Source of the DNA: an uncultured Lachnoclostridium sp.
GTDB lineage: Bacteria; Bacillota; Clostridia; Lachnospirales; Lachnospiraceae
Assembly: GCA_946402335.1 (NCBI GenBank)
Contig: CAMIWE010000003.1
Span: 2,400-66,399 of the forward strand
Direction: 5' to 3'
Length of the DNA: 64,000 nucleotides
Below, piece after piece: positions 42,228-53,346 of the stretch. The position numbers and the translations under genes are program-made. Within the stretch, counting starts at the first letter, position 1. Each line of letters opens with the position of its first letter. A model generated the notes under the pieces. The model did not search any database and was not told the DNA's origin. It was given only the letters and a program-made list of their open reading frames with translations.

Positions 42228-43300
42228 TCTTGCGCTCCTTTCGCCGGACCTTCTTTTCGGGAGGAAGTAAGGTGCCGTATCATTTTCCCGAAACGTTCCT
42301 TAATGACCGGTGAGCCGATGACTACAAGCAATACGATGACAATCGCTTTGTAAGCTTTGACATCCGTAGACGAAACCTTCATCGCATAAAGCGTGATGGT
42401 AAGCATTTGAATGACATACGCGCCGATGATACTGCCGCTCAGTTTGAATTTGCCGCCTCCGAGACTGTTTCCGCCGATAGCAACGGCAAGAATCGTATCC
42501 ATTTCGATATCGATCAACAATGTCTCATGGTTGATCAATCCAAGTCTCGATACCCCGATACATGCGGAAACCGAAACACAGATGCCGAGAATAATGAAGC
42601 TAAGCAATTTGATAAAGGTTGCGTTAATGCCATTCAGTCTGGCCGCGCTTCCGTTAATTCCGACTGACTGTGTAAACAGTCCGAGCGCTGAAAACCGGAA
42701 CAACAGCCGGAACAGAACTGCCATAACAATCACAATGATAACCGGTGTCGGAACGGGAATTCCGGGGATGAATCCGCCGATTGAGGTAATAATCGGGCTT
42801 GAAACCGTCGGCGTCGCGCCACCATTAATCCAGTATGCAATCGACCTTCCGCATGTAAACAGGATCAAGGTCGCAATCATAGGCTGAATCTTAAATACCG
42901 CAACAAGCGTTCCGTTAAATGACCCGAAAAGCATTGCTACAACGCAGGAACACAAAAAGGCAAGAATAACGGTTCCGATATTGATCTGGGAAGCGCCTTT
43001 TAACACCTTTACAAACACGCTCCCGGCAATTGCAGCCGCTGCGCCGACACTGATATCCTGTCCGCCGCAGGCCGCCGTAACCAGCGTCATTCCCATCGCA
43101 AGGATTGCCAGTTCGCTAGCTCCATTGATAATCGTAATAATATTTCCGGAAAGTACTGCATTTCCGTTACTGTTATGGCTGATTGCGATTTTGAAGAACC
43201 CGGGATCGCGGATCAGGTTAAATATCACAAGAAGAGCGATTGCGATTAACGGAATGGTAAGCTGCCCGAAGCCGCTAAAGGATAACTTTCTTTTCTTCAT
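42224..43300 (-). CDS. Sugar ABC transporter permease (YtfT-like family)
   Basis: Polytopic. I prefer the ATG at 43300 (MKKRKLSF), which has GGAGGTG 9 nt upstream. The track start is 43321. Confidence 0.85.
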   Translation of the reverse strand: MKKRKLSFSGFGQLTIPLIAIALLVIFNLIRDPGFFKIAISHNSNGNAVLSGNIITIINGASELAILAMGMTLVTAACGGQDISVGAAAAIAGSVFVKVLKGASQINIGTVILAFLCSCVVAMLFGSFNGTLVAVFKIQPMIATLILFTCGRSIAYWINGGATPTVSSPIITSIGGFIPGIPVPTPVIIVIVMAVLFRLLFRFSALGLFTQSVGINGSAARLNGINATFIKLLSFIILGICVSVSACIGVSRLGLINHETLLIDIEMDTILAVAIGGNSLGGGKFKLSGSIIGAYVIQMLTITLYAMKVSSTDVKAYKAIVIVLLVVIGSPVIKERFGKMIRHLTSSRKEGPAKGAQE

Positions 43301-43301
43301 G

Positions 43302-44801
43302 TTAAGCTTCACCTCCGGCAATGGTCTTCATAACCTTGGTCTGATTCAGGTCTTTCCCGGTAAGTTCTCCGACTACATGGCGGTCACGCATGACAATCAG
43401 ACGACTGCACGTACGGAGCATTTCTTCTACTTCCGAAGAGATAAATGTTACGCTGACGCCTTCCTCAGCCAGTTTCAGCACCAGTTTCTGAATCTCAAGT
43501 TTTGTTCCGACATCGATACCTCTGGTCGGTTCGTCAAGAATCAGATAATCCGGATGAGTTAACAGCCATCTGGCTAAGATTACTTTCTGCTGGTTCCCGC
43601 CGCTTAGCGACCCGACCGGGGTTTCCATGCTTGCGGTTTTGATGTTCAGGACCTTTATGTATTCGTCGGCAAATGCCTCCGACTCGTTCCTGTTAATCGG
43701 CCGGAACATGCCGTTCATTACCTGAAGGGCAAGTATGATATTTTCCCGCACGCTTAATTCCGCAATGATTCCGTCCCGTTTCCGGTCTTCCGAGAGATAT
43801 CCGATGCCGTGCCGCATGGCGTCAATCGGACGGTCGATCTTCACAGGCTCGCCGTTAACGGTGACTTCTCCGCCGGTAACCTTATCGGCGCCGAATATGG
43901 CGCGAACGCTTTCGCTACGGCCGGATCCGAGAAGACCGGTAAACCCGTTAACTTCGCCTTTCCGGATTGAAAAATCAAACGGAAGTGCCTCGTTGCTGGA
44001 GATTCCTTTCGCCTCGTAAAAGACCGGTTTATCTCCGAACATAATATCCTCTGTTTCTCCGAGGCTGCCGAGTTCTTCGAGTTCTTTGCCAATCATCTTT
44101 GAAACAAGCTGAACTTGCGGTAAATCTTCGGTGAGATACTCTCCGACCAGTTCCCCGTTTCGAAGCACCGTAATCCGGTCGCTGACCTCATATACCTGAT
44201 CCAGAAAATGTGTAACAAATATAATGCCGACTCCCTGCGCCTTTAAATCGCGCATGAGCCCGAACAGCCGCTTTACTTCCTTGTCATCCAAAGAAGATGT
44301 CGGCTCATCTAAAATAAGGACCTTACAGTTCATGTCAACGGCTCTTGCAATCGCAACCATCTGCTGCACGGCAAGGGAACAGCTTCCGAGAAGCTGCGTA
44401 CTTCTTGCCGGGATACCGAGCCTTGTAAGGATTTCATCTGCCTTCTTTTCAAGATCTCTCCGCTTAACCCATGCGCCGCATCTGCCGATAAACATATTCT
44501 CCGAAACGGTCAGATTCGGGCACAGGGTAATTTCCTGATAAACCGTGCTGATTCCTTTATTCTGGGCGTCCTGCGGAGACTTTATTGCAATCTTTTCACC
44601 GTCTACCCGGATTTCGCCGCCATCCATCTGATATACGCCTGTAAGAACCTTGATAAGGGTTGACTTTCCGGCGCCGTTTTCGCCCATCAGGGCGTGGATT
44701 TCACCCTTGCGAAGCGAAAAATCCACTCCGTTTAAGGCAAGGACGCCCGGGAATCGTTTTTCTATATGACGCATTGTCAGCAAGTATTCTTCCTGCATCA
44801 T
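43302..44801 (-). CDS. Sugar ABC transporter ATPase (duplicated NBD, RbsA/YtfR-like)
   Basis: 499 aa with GENGAGKSTL, LAVQQMVAIARA and LILDEPT. A second, degenerate NBD carries LSGGNQQKV. Confidence 0.9.
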   Translation of the reverse strand: MMQEEYLLTMRHIEKRFPGVLALNGVDFSLRKGEIHALMGENGAGKSTLIKVLTGVYQMDGGEIRVDGEKIAIKSPQDAQNKGISTVYQEITLCPNLTVSENMFIGRCGAWVKRRDLEKKADEILTRLGIPARSTQLLGSCSLAVQQMVAIARAVDMNCKVLILDEPTSSLDDKEVKRLFGLMRDLKAQGVGIIFVTHFLDQVYEVSDRITVLRNGELVGEYLTEDLPQVQLVSKMIGKELEELGSLGETEDIMFGDKPVFYEAKGISSNEALPFDFSIRKGEVNGFTGLLGSGRSESVRAIFGADKVTGGEVTVNGEPVKIDRPIDAMRHGIGYLSEDRKRDGIIAELSVRENIILALQVMNGMFRPINRNESEAFADEYIKVLNIKTASMETPVGSLSGGNQQKVILARWLLTHPDYLILDEPTRGIDVGTKLEIQKLVLKLAEEGVSVTFISSEVEEMLRTCSRLIVMRDRHVVGELTGKDLNQTKVMKTIAGGEA

Positions 44802-44883
44802 AAACCTCCATGTACCGCTTTGAAAAAGCGCAGCTGAGCAAAAGTTCTTTGCCCGGCTGCGCCTCTTTCATCGGATTAAGAAA

Positions 44884-45846
44884 TTATTCGCCTAAACCGT
44901 AAGTGTCGATATCGTTCTGAGTAAGAGTCTTTGCGTCAAAGCCCTTCTCTTCGTTGATAATCTTCTTGGTCGCAGGAGCCTTACCGGAAGTGATCAGATC
45001 GCTGATAATCTTAGCCTGGAACGGGCTGCACTGTCCGTCGTAGTTCCATTTTCCTGCAAGAAGTTCACGAAGAGCCCACTTATTGCAGTCAAATCCCATT
45101 ACGATTACCTTACCGTCTACACCATGCGTAATGCCGGCTTCGTCAAGTGCTGCAACGGCACCCTTTGCCATACCGTCATTCTCTGCATAGATAACGTTGA
45201 AATCCTCACCGCTGTTGATAACAGATTCTACGATCTTCTTTGCTTCCGCTTCATCCCAGGATGCAGTCTGCTGAATAACCTTCTTCATCTTGCCGGATGC
45301 GAACTGTGCGTCCAAAGCACCGGTACGTCCGATCTGTGCGTCGGAACCCATAGCTCCCTGGATGTGGATAACCTTGTACTCAGGAAGATTCTGCGCAAGA
45401 AGCCAGTTCACTGCGGTATCGCCTTCCTTTGCCATGTCGGAAACAACTGCCGCTTCATAAAGGCTGGCATCTACATTGATCATACGGTCAAAGAGATAAA
45501 CCTTAATGCCGGCTTCCTTTGCCTTCTTAAGCACTTCATCCCAACCGGTCGTCTCAGCTGCGGAAATCAGCAGATAATCAACGCCATCGGTAATGAAGCT
45601 GTTGGCCGCCTGAAGCTGCTCATCGTTCTTCTGGCTGTAAAATGTCCTCAGGTCATATCCGTTATCCTTGGAGAAAACTTTCTCCATGTCCTTTACATTG
45701 GCTTCACGGTAGCCGGACTCTGACGGAGGGTTATTTACAACACCGATTTTGATCTTGCCGTCACCCTTGTCTTTCTTTGAACATGCGGTTGCCATACAGC
45801 AGATGATCAGTACTGCAACCAGGAACAAAGCTTTAAACTTTCTCAT
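44884..45846 (-). CDS. Sugar ABC transporter substrate-binding lipoprotein (PBP type I)
   Basis: The signal is MRKFKALFLVAVLIICCMATAC (lipobox). The body has a periplasmic-binding-protein type I fold pattern. Confidence 0.85.
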   Translation of the reverse strand: MRKFKALFLVAVLIICCMATACSKKDKGDGKIKIGVVNNPPSESGYREANVKDMEKVFSKDNGYDLRTFYSQKNDEQLQAANSFITDGVDYLLISAAETTGWDEVLKKAKEAGIKVYLFDRMINVDASLYEAAVVSDMAKEGDTAVNWLLAQNLPEYKVIHIQGAMGSDAQIGRTGALDAQFASGKMKKVIQQTASWDEAEAKKIVESVINSGEDFNVIYAENDGMAKGAVAALDEAGITHGVDGKVIVMGFDCNKWALRELLAGKWNYDGQCSPFQAKIISDLITSGKAPATKKIINEEKGFDAKTLTQNDIDTYGLGE

Positions 45847-45993
45847 GTTACCTTCCTCCTTTTAGGGTCGTCATCGACCTTCCGGATATAAGGATAAAAC
45901 ATAAGACATTTCAGGTAAATCAACGTTCATATCGACTAGGTTCAATTTTATATCGTTTTTATACTGTACCTCCCGTTAACGGTTAATTATTTT

Positions 45994-47244
45994 TCACTCC
46001 GGTTGATTTTGATACTTAAGCCGGTAATCGGACGGAGTCATACCGGTGTTCTTTTTGAAGATATAACTGAAATAATGCGCGTCGTTATATCCGACTTCCC
46101 CGGCGATCTGAGAGCTACGCTCCGAAGTGTTTCTGAGCAATTCCTTTGCCTTCTTAAGCCGAAGCGTTACCAGATATTCCGTAAAAGTCTGCCCGTTCTG
46201 CTGGGAAAATACCGTCGAAAAACGGCTGCTGCTCATATTTACGGCTTTCGCGACATCCTGCAGCATCAGACTGGGATCCGCATAATGCATTGACATGTAA
46301 AGCTTTGCTTCACTGATGACCGCAGGCGTCTTTTCATCGGCAGGCTCTCCCATCTCACGGGTCCCGAGAATGATCGCATTCTCGTCCGTTTTTTCCACCA
46401 AAAGATGCCGGATATGCCTTGCGGACTTAAAACTTTGAATAATATCCTCGGGCCTGTTTACAATCTCTCCGATTCCGACGCGGATTTCCTTCTCACCGGA
46501 ACGTTCGAGTTCTCTTACAAGCGTTGTGGCAAATGCGTACGCCTTTTCCTCTACATCTCCGACGCTCTCCCCGGGAATCAGGAACCGTGTTCCTACGCGT
46601 CCCGGCGACTGAAGCGCGCTCTCGTTGCTTTCCGAAATAGCCTCTGCAACACCCTGCCCTTCCTCAACAGGGGAAAATGCGGCGTCAATCACTGTATAAA
46701 ACGGAGCCGGAACCGGACATTCCATTGTCGAAAGCTGCTGAAGCACTTCCTTTGCGTCCTTTTCGACTGCCTCGCTGTTAAATAAAGAGCCGATCAGCTT
46801 TTCCTTAACCAGCTTCCCGCCGCTCTCCATTCTTGCCCGAAGACTTGCAGCGTGCAAAAACGTATTACGCTCCGCCTGAAGCTGCGCGCTTACCTTATCA
46901 AGCGTTTCCTTTAAGGCATCCGCGTTAATCGGTTTTAACATATATTCCCGGACTCCCAGCTGGATACACTGTCTTGCATACTCAAACTCATCATAACCGC
47001 TTAAAACGATGACCCCGATCCAGGGCATCTGCTTCTGCATGATCCGGCAAAGTTCTATGCCGTCCATGAACGGCATCTTGATATCCGTGATGACAATATC
47101 CGGATTCGTGTCGCGGATCATCGGCAGAGCCATCTCCCCGTCAGGCGCTTCCCCTACCAGTACATACGGAGTCTCATCCCACGGAAATGACTCACGGATT
47201 CCTTCCCTGACGACAATTTCATCGTCAACCAGAAACACTTTCAT
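45994..47244 (-). CDS. Two-component response regulator with AraC-type HTH output (YesN-like)
   Basis: The start ATG at 47244 (MKVFLVDDE) follows GAGAGGAGA. It has a REC domain with the phospho-acceptor region IVITDIKMP and a C-terminal AraC HTH. Confidence 0.9.
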   Translation of the reverse strand: MKVFLVDDEIVVREGIRESFPWDETPYVLVGEAPDGEMALPMIRDTNPDIVITDIKMPFMDGIELCRIMQKQMPWIGVIVLSGYDEFEYARQCIQLGVREYMLKPINADALKETLDKVSAQLQAERNTFLHAASLRARMESGGKLVKEKLIGSLFNSEAVEKDAKEVLQQLSTMECPVPAPFYTVIDAAFSPVEEGQGVAEAISESNESALQSPGRVGTRFLIPGESVGDVEEKAYAFATTLVRELERSGEKEIRVGIGEIVNRPEDIIQSFKSARHIRHLLVEKTDENAIILGTREMGEPADEKTPAVISEAKLYMSMHYADPSLMLQDVAKAVNMSSSRFSTVFSQQNGQTFTEYLVTLRLKKAKELLRNTSERSSQIAGEVGYNDAHYFSYIFKKNTGMTPSDYRLKYQNQPE

Positions 47245-48691
47245 TCGCAAAAATCTCCTCTCTGGTTCTAAGCGGCACCTTAAAGCTGACCGTCGTTCCT
47301 TCCGTACCGCTCTCAATCATCAAATCGTCCGCCTGATTATAGTACAGCCGGATACGCATATTTACATTCACAAGTCCGAATCCGCCGTTTCCTTCGCTTA
47401 CAGACGGCTGTCCCTGCCGCATTCGTTCTTTCAAAGCCTCAAGTTGTTCGGGGCTCATCCCGAGTCCGGTGTCCCGTACAGAGCACACAAGCATACCGTC
47501 TTCCAATTTGCCGGAAACATATATTCCGCCACCGCCACGTTTGATCTTAACCCCGTGGTACAGCGCATTTTCCACAAGCGGCTGAAGCAGTAGTTTCAGA
47601 ATATAGTAATCACCGATTTCATCCGGAATATCGATTTCATACTTCATGATGTCACGGTACCTTGTCTGCTGGATTTTCAGATATCCTTCGATATGCTTTT
47701 TCTCCTGACTGATCGGAATCCAGTCGGCACCGGACGAAAGACTGATCCGGAAGAAGTCGGAAAGCGCGCTTGTCAGCTGGATAACTTCATCCTTTTCCCC
47801 CGCCTCTGCTTTCCATACAATCGCATCAAGCGTATTATACAGAAAATGCGGATTGATCTGCGCCTGCAGCGTACGAAGTTCCGCTTTTCTAAGGTTCCGC
47901 GCGTCCAGACTGCTTTTCTTCATCATTTCCTTCAGCCTGTCGGCCATGGTGTTAACCTGTAAGGTAAGGTTTCTCAGCTCCGTTACATCCGTATCCTCTA
48001 TTTTCGCATCAAGGGATCCTTCGGCGATTCGTGCAGCCGCTTCCTCCAAGCGTTCAATCGGAAGCCGTACGGACGAAGCCGTCACCTTAACGGACCGGTT
48101 TCTTACGAGCAAAGCAACCAAAACGATTAACGCTTCGGCAACAGCCGTGATCAAAACCCACATTCTTAAACTGAAACTCATTCTTGCGGTTGTATTGATT
48201 TCCGCCGAAATATAATCGTTCAACATGCTGTCGACAAGTTTTGCAACCCCGCGGACTTCTTCTAAAACTGCTTCATTGTCCACAACGGGAACGTCGGCCT
48301 CGATATTGTCACGGATCCGGTTTACGTAATTCTCAAGCGTCTGCATGGTCCGCCCGGCAACAATCAGGGAAAGGCTGTTTTCCTCCGCGGTCTGTTCCGA
48401 GATGGCACCGATTGTGTCCTTTACTTTCTGAATGGAAACATAAATACGGCTTTCCGAAAAAGTCGTCCGGCCGCTTACGATATTCCAGGCATTTTCCGGA
48501 ATCTCCTCCGTTACGACTTTCTTGATACTTGCAACCGTTTCCATGCGTTCGATGGAGTTGTGGTATTTCTGCGCGTAGAAAAGCATCAAAACAAGGCTGA
48601 TGATAATCGGAAAGACAAGCATCAGCACGAGTTTATGACTCAAGTCATTGATCTGCCCGAGAATACTCTTCTCTTTATTAATCTTTCCCAT
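47225..48691 (-). CDS. Sensor histidine kinase, YesM/LytS-type (HAMP + His_kinase + HATPase)
   Basis: 488 aa with two TM helices, a HAMP domain and the NPHFLYNTLDAI H-box. Its ATPase motifs are NALYHG and GGFGLVNV. Confidence 0.9.
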   Translation of the reverse strand: MGKINKEKSILGQINDLSHKLVLMLVFPIIISLVLMLFYAQKYHNSIERMETVASIKKVVTEEIPENAWNIVSGRTTFSESRIYVSIQKVKDTIGAISEQTAEENSLSLIVAGRTMQTLENYVNRIRDNIEADVPVVDNEAVLEEVRGVAKLVDSMLNDYISAEINTTARMSFSLRMWVLITAVAEALIVLVALLVRNRSVKVTASSVRLPIERLEEAAARIAEGSLDAKIEDTDVTELRNLTLQVNTMADRLKEMMKKSSLDARNLRKAELRTLQAQINPHFLYNTLDAIVWKAEAGEKDEVIQLTSALSDFFRISLSSGADWIPISQEKKHIEGYLKIQQTRYRDIMKYEIDIPDEIGDYYILKLLLQPLVENALYHGVKIKRGGGGIYVSGKLEDGMLVCSVRDTGLGMSPEQLEALKERMRQGQPSVSEGNGGFGLVNVNMRIRLYYNQADDLMIESGTEGTTVSFKVPLRTREEIFANESVSG

Positions 48692-48711
48692 ATGTTCCCT
48701 GCTTTCTGTGC

Positions 48712-49698
48712 TTAATACCCTCTCGGAGCAATCAGCGAAACATCTGTTTCGTCACTGAATACCTGCTCCTCCGGATGAATGATCTTTTCAACGGATTCAT
48801 TGTTTTTAAGCCTGATCGCAGTTTCCATAAGCGCCTTCCCGAGTTTCGGCGTGCACTCCACGACACAGTTTATCTTGCCTTCTTTCAGCACATTGATTGC
48901 TTCCTGTCCGCCGTCGATGGAAATGATCAGCATATCTTTTCCGGGGGCCAGTCCGGCTTTTTCAATTTCAGGAATTGCACCGATCGTCATCTCATCGTTA
49001 TGGGAAAATACGACATCGATCTCGTCCCCGTACTTATCTAAGAAATATCGCATACACTCGGCGCCTCGGCTCTTTAAGAAGTCACCGTCAATGCTTTCAA
49101 GCACCTGCATACGCGGATCTTTTTCGATGGTATCCATAAAGCCCGCATGTCGCTGTCGCATCGGCGTGGAATTTTCCGTACCGGTTATTTCCGCAATGCG
49201 GACCTGCTCCAACCCGAGCGCATCCGCCTTACGGATCAGATACTCGGCCGCCATCACGCCTTCTTTGTAGAAATCGGCACCGATCAGACAAGTCGTAAGA
49301 TCCTGCTCACCGGCATTAATATCCCGGTCGACGAGAATAATCGGGATTCCCGCCTCTTTCGCTTCTTTCAGCACATTGTCCCAGCCTTCCTCAACGACAG
49401 GGGAAAATGCGATGACATCTACCCGGTAAGCGATAAATCGGCGGATAGCGGCAATCTGGTTGTCCTGCTTCTGGTTGGCGTTTTCAAGCATCAGACCGAT
49501 TCCGTATGCCTCCGCCTGTTCTTCAATATCCTTTGTGTTTCCGATGCGCCATGCGCTTTCGCTTCCGATCTGGCTGAAGCCGAGAACAAGACCGGTATCC
49601 GTCCGTTCCTCTCCGGCTTTTTTACACCCCGAAAGGGACAGAATGAATATCGCCAGAATCAGTAAAAAAACATTTCTCTTAATCATAGTAAACCTCAA
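48712..49698 (-). CDS. Periplasmic sugar-binding protein-like lipoprotein, probable ligand sensor partner of the kinase
   Basis: The signal is LAIFILSLSGC (lipobox) and the body is PBP type I. It is the first gene of the binding-protein/kinase/regulator trio next to the ABC transporter. Confidence 0.8.
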   Translation of the reverse strand: MRFTMIKRNVFLLILAIFILSLSGCKKAGEERTDTGLVLGFSQIGSESAWRIGNTKDIEEQAEAYGIGLMLENANQKQDNQIAAIRRFIAYRVDVIAFSPVVEEGWDNVLKEAKEAGIPIILVDRDINAGEQDLTTCLIGADFYKEGVMAAEYLIRKADALGLEQVRIAEITGTENSTPMRQRHAGFMDTIEKDPRMQVLESIDGDFLKSRGAECMRYFLDKYGDEIDVVFSHNDEMTIGAIPEIEKAGLAPGKDMLIISIDGGQEAINVLKEGKINCVVECTPKLGKALMETAIRLKNNESVEKIIHPEEQVFSDETDVSLIAPRGY

Positions 49699-49769
49699 AC
49701 CTCTTTACATTACGTTAACGCAAAACCCTGTGCCTGTAACTTCTTACAAAGCACCTTTTTGTTATTGTA

Positions 49770-49806
49770 TCAAAACAGCCGACGCTTTACAAGAAAGCAT
49801 CGGCTG
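49770..49806 (-). terminator. leuS terminator
   Basis: The stem is CAGCCGA(C/T)GC / GCATCGGCTG with one mismatch, followed on the minus strand by TTTTGATAC. Confidence 0.55.
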
Positions 49807-49879
49807 TTTTTAACTCATTATTCTATCAATTCATTTTATCCAGGATGAACATTTCTTAAGGAAATGCCGTCCGCCCGGA

Positions 49880-52321
49880 TTACTGAGGCTTCACAACAAG
49901 GTTGAAAATCTTACCCTTAACGTAAATCTTCTTCACAATCGTAACATCCGTCAGGAAACGGGCCGCGTCGCTTTCCATAATCTTGTCAAATACGGCTGCC
50001 TCGTCGTCTTCCATCGTAACGTTGACCTTGGCACGTACTTTACCGTTAACCTGTACGGCAATTTCGATCGTATCTTCCTTGGTCTTAGCCTCGTCATATA
50101 CGGGCCATGCCTCGTAGGCAAGGGTTCCTTCGTGACCGAGGATGTTCCAGATTTCCTCGCAGATATGCGGGCTGATGCAGCTGAGCATCTTTACGAAGCC
50201 CTCTGCATATTCCTTCGGGCAGCTGCCGGTCTTGTAGCAGGCATTTACGAAGATCATCATCTGGCTGATTGCGGTATTAAACGCAATCTTTTCGAAGTCG
50301 TTCGTAACCTTCTTGACCGTCTGATGGTAAACCTTCTCGAGTTCCTTTGCAGCATCGTCTTTGATGTTCGCAGGCTCGGTAAAGAATGTCCATACGCGGT
50401 TCAGGAACTTCTTCGCGCCTTCTACGCCGGTGTTGCTCCAGGGCTTGCTGACCTCAAGCGGTCCCATGAACATCAGGTACAGACGAAGCGTATCCGCGCC
50501 GAAATCACGAACGATATCGCTCGGATTGACAACATATTCGGGGAAACGCTTACCCATCTTAATGCCGTTCGAACCGAGGATCATGCCCTGGTGGATCAGC
50601 TTCTTGAACGGTTCCTTGGTCGGCGCGATGCCTTTGTCGTATAAGAAACGGTTCCAGATACGGCTGTACATCAGATGTCCTACCGCATGCTCCGGTCCGC
50701 CGATGTAAAGGTCAACCGGCATCCAGTGCTTCAAAAGCTCGGGGTCCGCAAGCTGCTTATCGTTGTGCGGATCGATATAACGAAGGAAATACCAGGAAGA
50801 ACCTGCGGAACCGGGCATCGTAGAAGTCTCGCGGGTACCCTTGATTCCGTTATGGTCGTATTTCTTCCATTCGGTCGCATTTTCAAGCGGAGCCTTGCCG
50901 TTGTGGCCCTTATAGTCGTCAAGTTCAGGCAGAACAAGCGGCAACTCATCATCATCCAAAACATGGATGCCGCCGTCCTCGGTGTGAACGACCGGTACGG
51001 GCTCGCCCCAGTAACGCTGACGGGCGAAAATCCATTCACGGAAATGATAGTTGACGGTACGCTTTGCTACGCCCATCTTCTCAAGCTTTGAGGTGATGGC
51101 TTCCTTGGCTTCCTCAACAGTCAGTCCGGTGAACTCCTCGGAATTGATCAGGCGGTAGCCTTTTCCGAGATAATCACCCTTTTCGAAAGCCTGGCCGCTT
51201 ACGTCAACGTGGCCGAGCTTCTCGTCGCCATCGATTACCTGAAGCATATCGATATTGTGCGCAATTGCATATTCAAAGTCTCTCTGGTCATGGGAAGGAA
51301 CCGCCATAACGGCACCGGTTCCGTAATTGGCAAGTACGAAATCACCGATGAACATGCGAACTTCGCGGCCGTTTACGGGATTGATACAGGTAACGCCCTT
51401 CAGCTCGCAGCCGGACTTCGTCTTGTTGAGCTCGGTACGGTCCATGTCGTTCTTCTTAAGCGTTTCCGCAATATAAGCGTCAACCTCCGCGCGGTTCTGT
51501 ACGCGGTCAAGAAGCGTCTTTACAATCTCTCCGTCGGGAGCAAGAACCATAAAGGTAATACCGTAAATCGTCTCGATACAGGTCGTAAAGATAGAGAACT
51601 CCCCGCCTCCGACGATTTGGAATTTTACCTCAACACCGGTGGACTTGCCGATCCAGTTCTGCTGCATGAGTTTCGTGGATTCGGGCCAGTCAATCTCCTC
51701 AAGGCCCTGTAACAGCTGCTCTGCGAATGCAGGCTGGTCAATAACCCACTGCTTCATGTTCTTACGGACAACCGGATAGCCGCCGCGCTCACTCTTGCCG
51801 TCGATAACCTCATCGTTAGAAAGAACGGTTCCGAGCTCTTCACACCAGTTAACCGGCATGTCGATGTATTTAGCATAGCCGGCAAGATACAACTGCTTAA
51901 AGATCCACTGGGTCCATTTATAATACTCAGGATCCGAGGTCGCGATCATCTTCGACCAGTCATAGTCAAATCCGAGTTCCCGAAGCTGCTTTCCGAAGGT
52001 CTTGATGTTCTCCTGCGTAAATCCGTTCGGATGATGTCCGGTCGTAACGGCATACTGCTCCGCCGGAAGTCCGAAGGAGTCATATCCCATCGGATGAAGG
52101 ACGTTGTAGCCCTGCATTCTCTTCATACGGGACATAATATCCGTAGCGGTATATCCTTCGGGATGACCTGCATGAAGGCCTACGCCCGACGGATACGGGA
52201 ACATATCCAACACATAGTATTTCGGTTTCGAGAAATCCCACACGTCCGTCTTAAACGTCTCGTGCTCCTCCCAGTACTTCTGCCATTTCTTTTCAATGGC
52301 GGAATAATCATAAGCAGCCAT
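49880..52321 (-). CDS. leuS: Leucyl-tRNA synthetase
   Basis: 813 aa: MAAYDYSAIEKKWQKYWEE..., with a HIGH-type motif (PYPSGVGLHAGHPEGY) and a KMSKS-type motif (KMGKR). Confidence 0.95.
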   Translation of the reverse strand: MAAYDYSAIEKKWQKYWEEHETFKTDVWDFSKPKYYVLDMFPYPSGVGLHAGHPEGYTATDIMSRMKRMQGYNVLHPMGYDSFGLPAEQYAVTTGHHPNGFTQENIKTFGKQLRELGFDYDWSKMIATSDPEYYKWTQWIFKQLYLAGYAKYIDMPVNWCEELGTVLSNDEVIDGKSERGGYPVVRKNMKQWVIDQPAFAEQLLQGLEEIDWPESTKLMQQNWIGKSTGVEVKFQIVGGGEFSIFTTCIETIYGITFMVLAPDGEIVKTLLDRVQNRAEVDAYIAETLKKNDMDRTELNKTKSGCELKGVTCINPVNGREVRMFIGDFVLANYGTGAVMAVPSHDQRDFEYAIAHNIDMLQVIDGDEKLGHVDVSGQAFEKGDYLGKGYRLINSEEFTGLTVEEAKEAITSKLEKMGVAKRTVNYHFREWIFARQRYWGEPVPVVHTEDGGIHVLDDDELPLVLPELDDYKGHNGKAPLENATEWKKYDHNGIKGTRETSTMPGSAGSSWYFLRYIDPHNDKQLADPELLKHWMPVDLYIGGPEHAVGHLMYSRIWNRFLYDKGIAPTKEPFKKLIHQGMILGSNGIKMGKRFPEYVVNPSDIVRDFGADTLRLYLMFMGPLEVSKPWSNTGVEGAKKFLNRVWTFFTEPANIKDDAAKELEKVYHQTVKKVTNDFEKIAFNTAISQMMIFVNACYKTGSCPKEYAEGFVKMLSCISPHICEEIWNILGHEGTLAYEAWPVYDEAKTKEDTIEIAVQVNGKVRAKVNVTMEDDEAAVFDKIMESDAARFLTDVTIVKKIYVKGKIFNLVVKPQ

Positions 52322-52404
52322 AACTCGTAACTCCTTTAGAACTACACGAAATTTGTATCAAAATATATAACAATCTTACGGAAAATGCAACACCAATCGG
52401 TCAT

Positions 52405-53334
52405 TTACCGTCCGAAAACGGCTCCGTTGATGTCATTCTTCATATCGATCACGGCCTGTCTTGCGGCATCCGCGAAGCCCTTTTCGCCGAAACGGCTCAG
52501 ATAAGGCTCCTTCTTATATGCGGCAATGATTCCGCGGGACGAATTAACGATTGCGCCGAGACCGTCCTTATTGAAGTACGGCTTCAGTCCGTCGGCCGTT
52601 CCGCCCTGCGCGCCGTAACCGGGCACAAGGATGTATGCCTTCGGCATAACTTCCCGGAGCACGCGTCCCATATCGGGATAGGTGGCGCCGACCACGCAGC
52701 CGACATTACTGTAATCTCCGTCCATGCTGAGACTACCCCACTCATTGACCTTCTCGGCAACCCGCTCGTAAAGCGGACAGCCGTCAATCAAGCGGTCCTG
52801 GAACTCGCCGCTACTGGGATTGGACGTCTTAACGAGGAGAAATATTCCGCGGTCGTTCCGGTTGCAGACATCGATGAAAGGCTTTACGCCGTCCGAACCA
52901 AGGTACGGGTTAACCGTTGCGAAATCCTCATCGAAAGGAGCATACGTGTTTGAACCGACGGTAATGGTTCCGAGATGCGCCGTCGCATATGCTGCCGATG
53001 TGGACCCGATATCGCCGCGCTTTACGTCGCCGATGACAACAAGGCCTTTCTCCTTACAATATGCTACCGTCTTCTGATATACGGCAAGCCCGGGGATTCC
53101 GAACTGCTCATACATCGCAATCTGGGGTTTTACGCAGGGGATCAGATCATAGATGGCATCAACAAGTGCCTTATTGTACTGCCATACCGCCTCAGCGGCA
53201 CCCTCCAACGTCTCGCCGTACTTTGCGAAGGCGTCCGCTTTTATGAAATCGTGAATGTACGAAAGCATCGGATCAAGGCCGACAACAATCGGAGCATCCT
53301 TTTTGACAATTTCCTGAATCAGTTTTTTGATCAT
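52405..53334 (-). CDS. pyrF: Orotidine-5'-phosphate decarboxylase (long, type 2)
   Basis: 309 aa with IVVGLDP and VIGDVKRGDIGST motifs. Confidence 0.9.
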   Translation of the reverse strand: MIKKLIQEIVKKDAPIVVGLDPMLSYIHDFIKADAFAKYGETLEGAAEAVWQYNKALVDAIYDLIPCVKPQIAMYEQFGIPGLAVYQKTVAYCKEKGLVVIGDVKRGDIGSTSAAYATAHLGTITVGSNTYAPFDEDFATVNPYLGSDGVKPFIDVCNRNDRGIFLLVKTSNPSSGEFQDRLIDGCPLYERVAEKVNEWGSLSMDGDYSNVGCVVGATYPDMGRVLREVMPKAYILVPGYGAQGGTADGLKPYFNKDGLGAIVNSSRGIIAAYKKEPYLSRFGEKGFADAARQAVIDMKNDINGAVFGR

Positions 53335-53346
53335 GGTTTTCTCCTT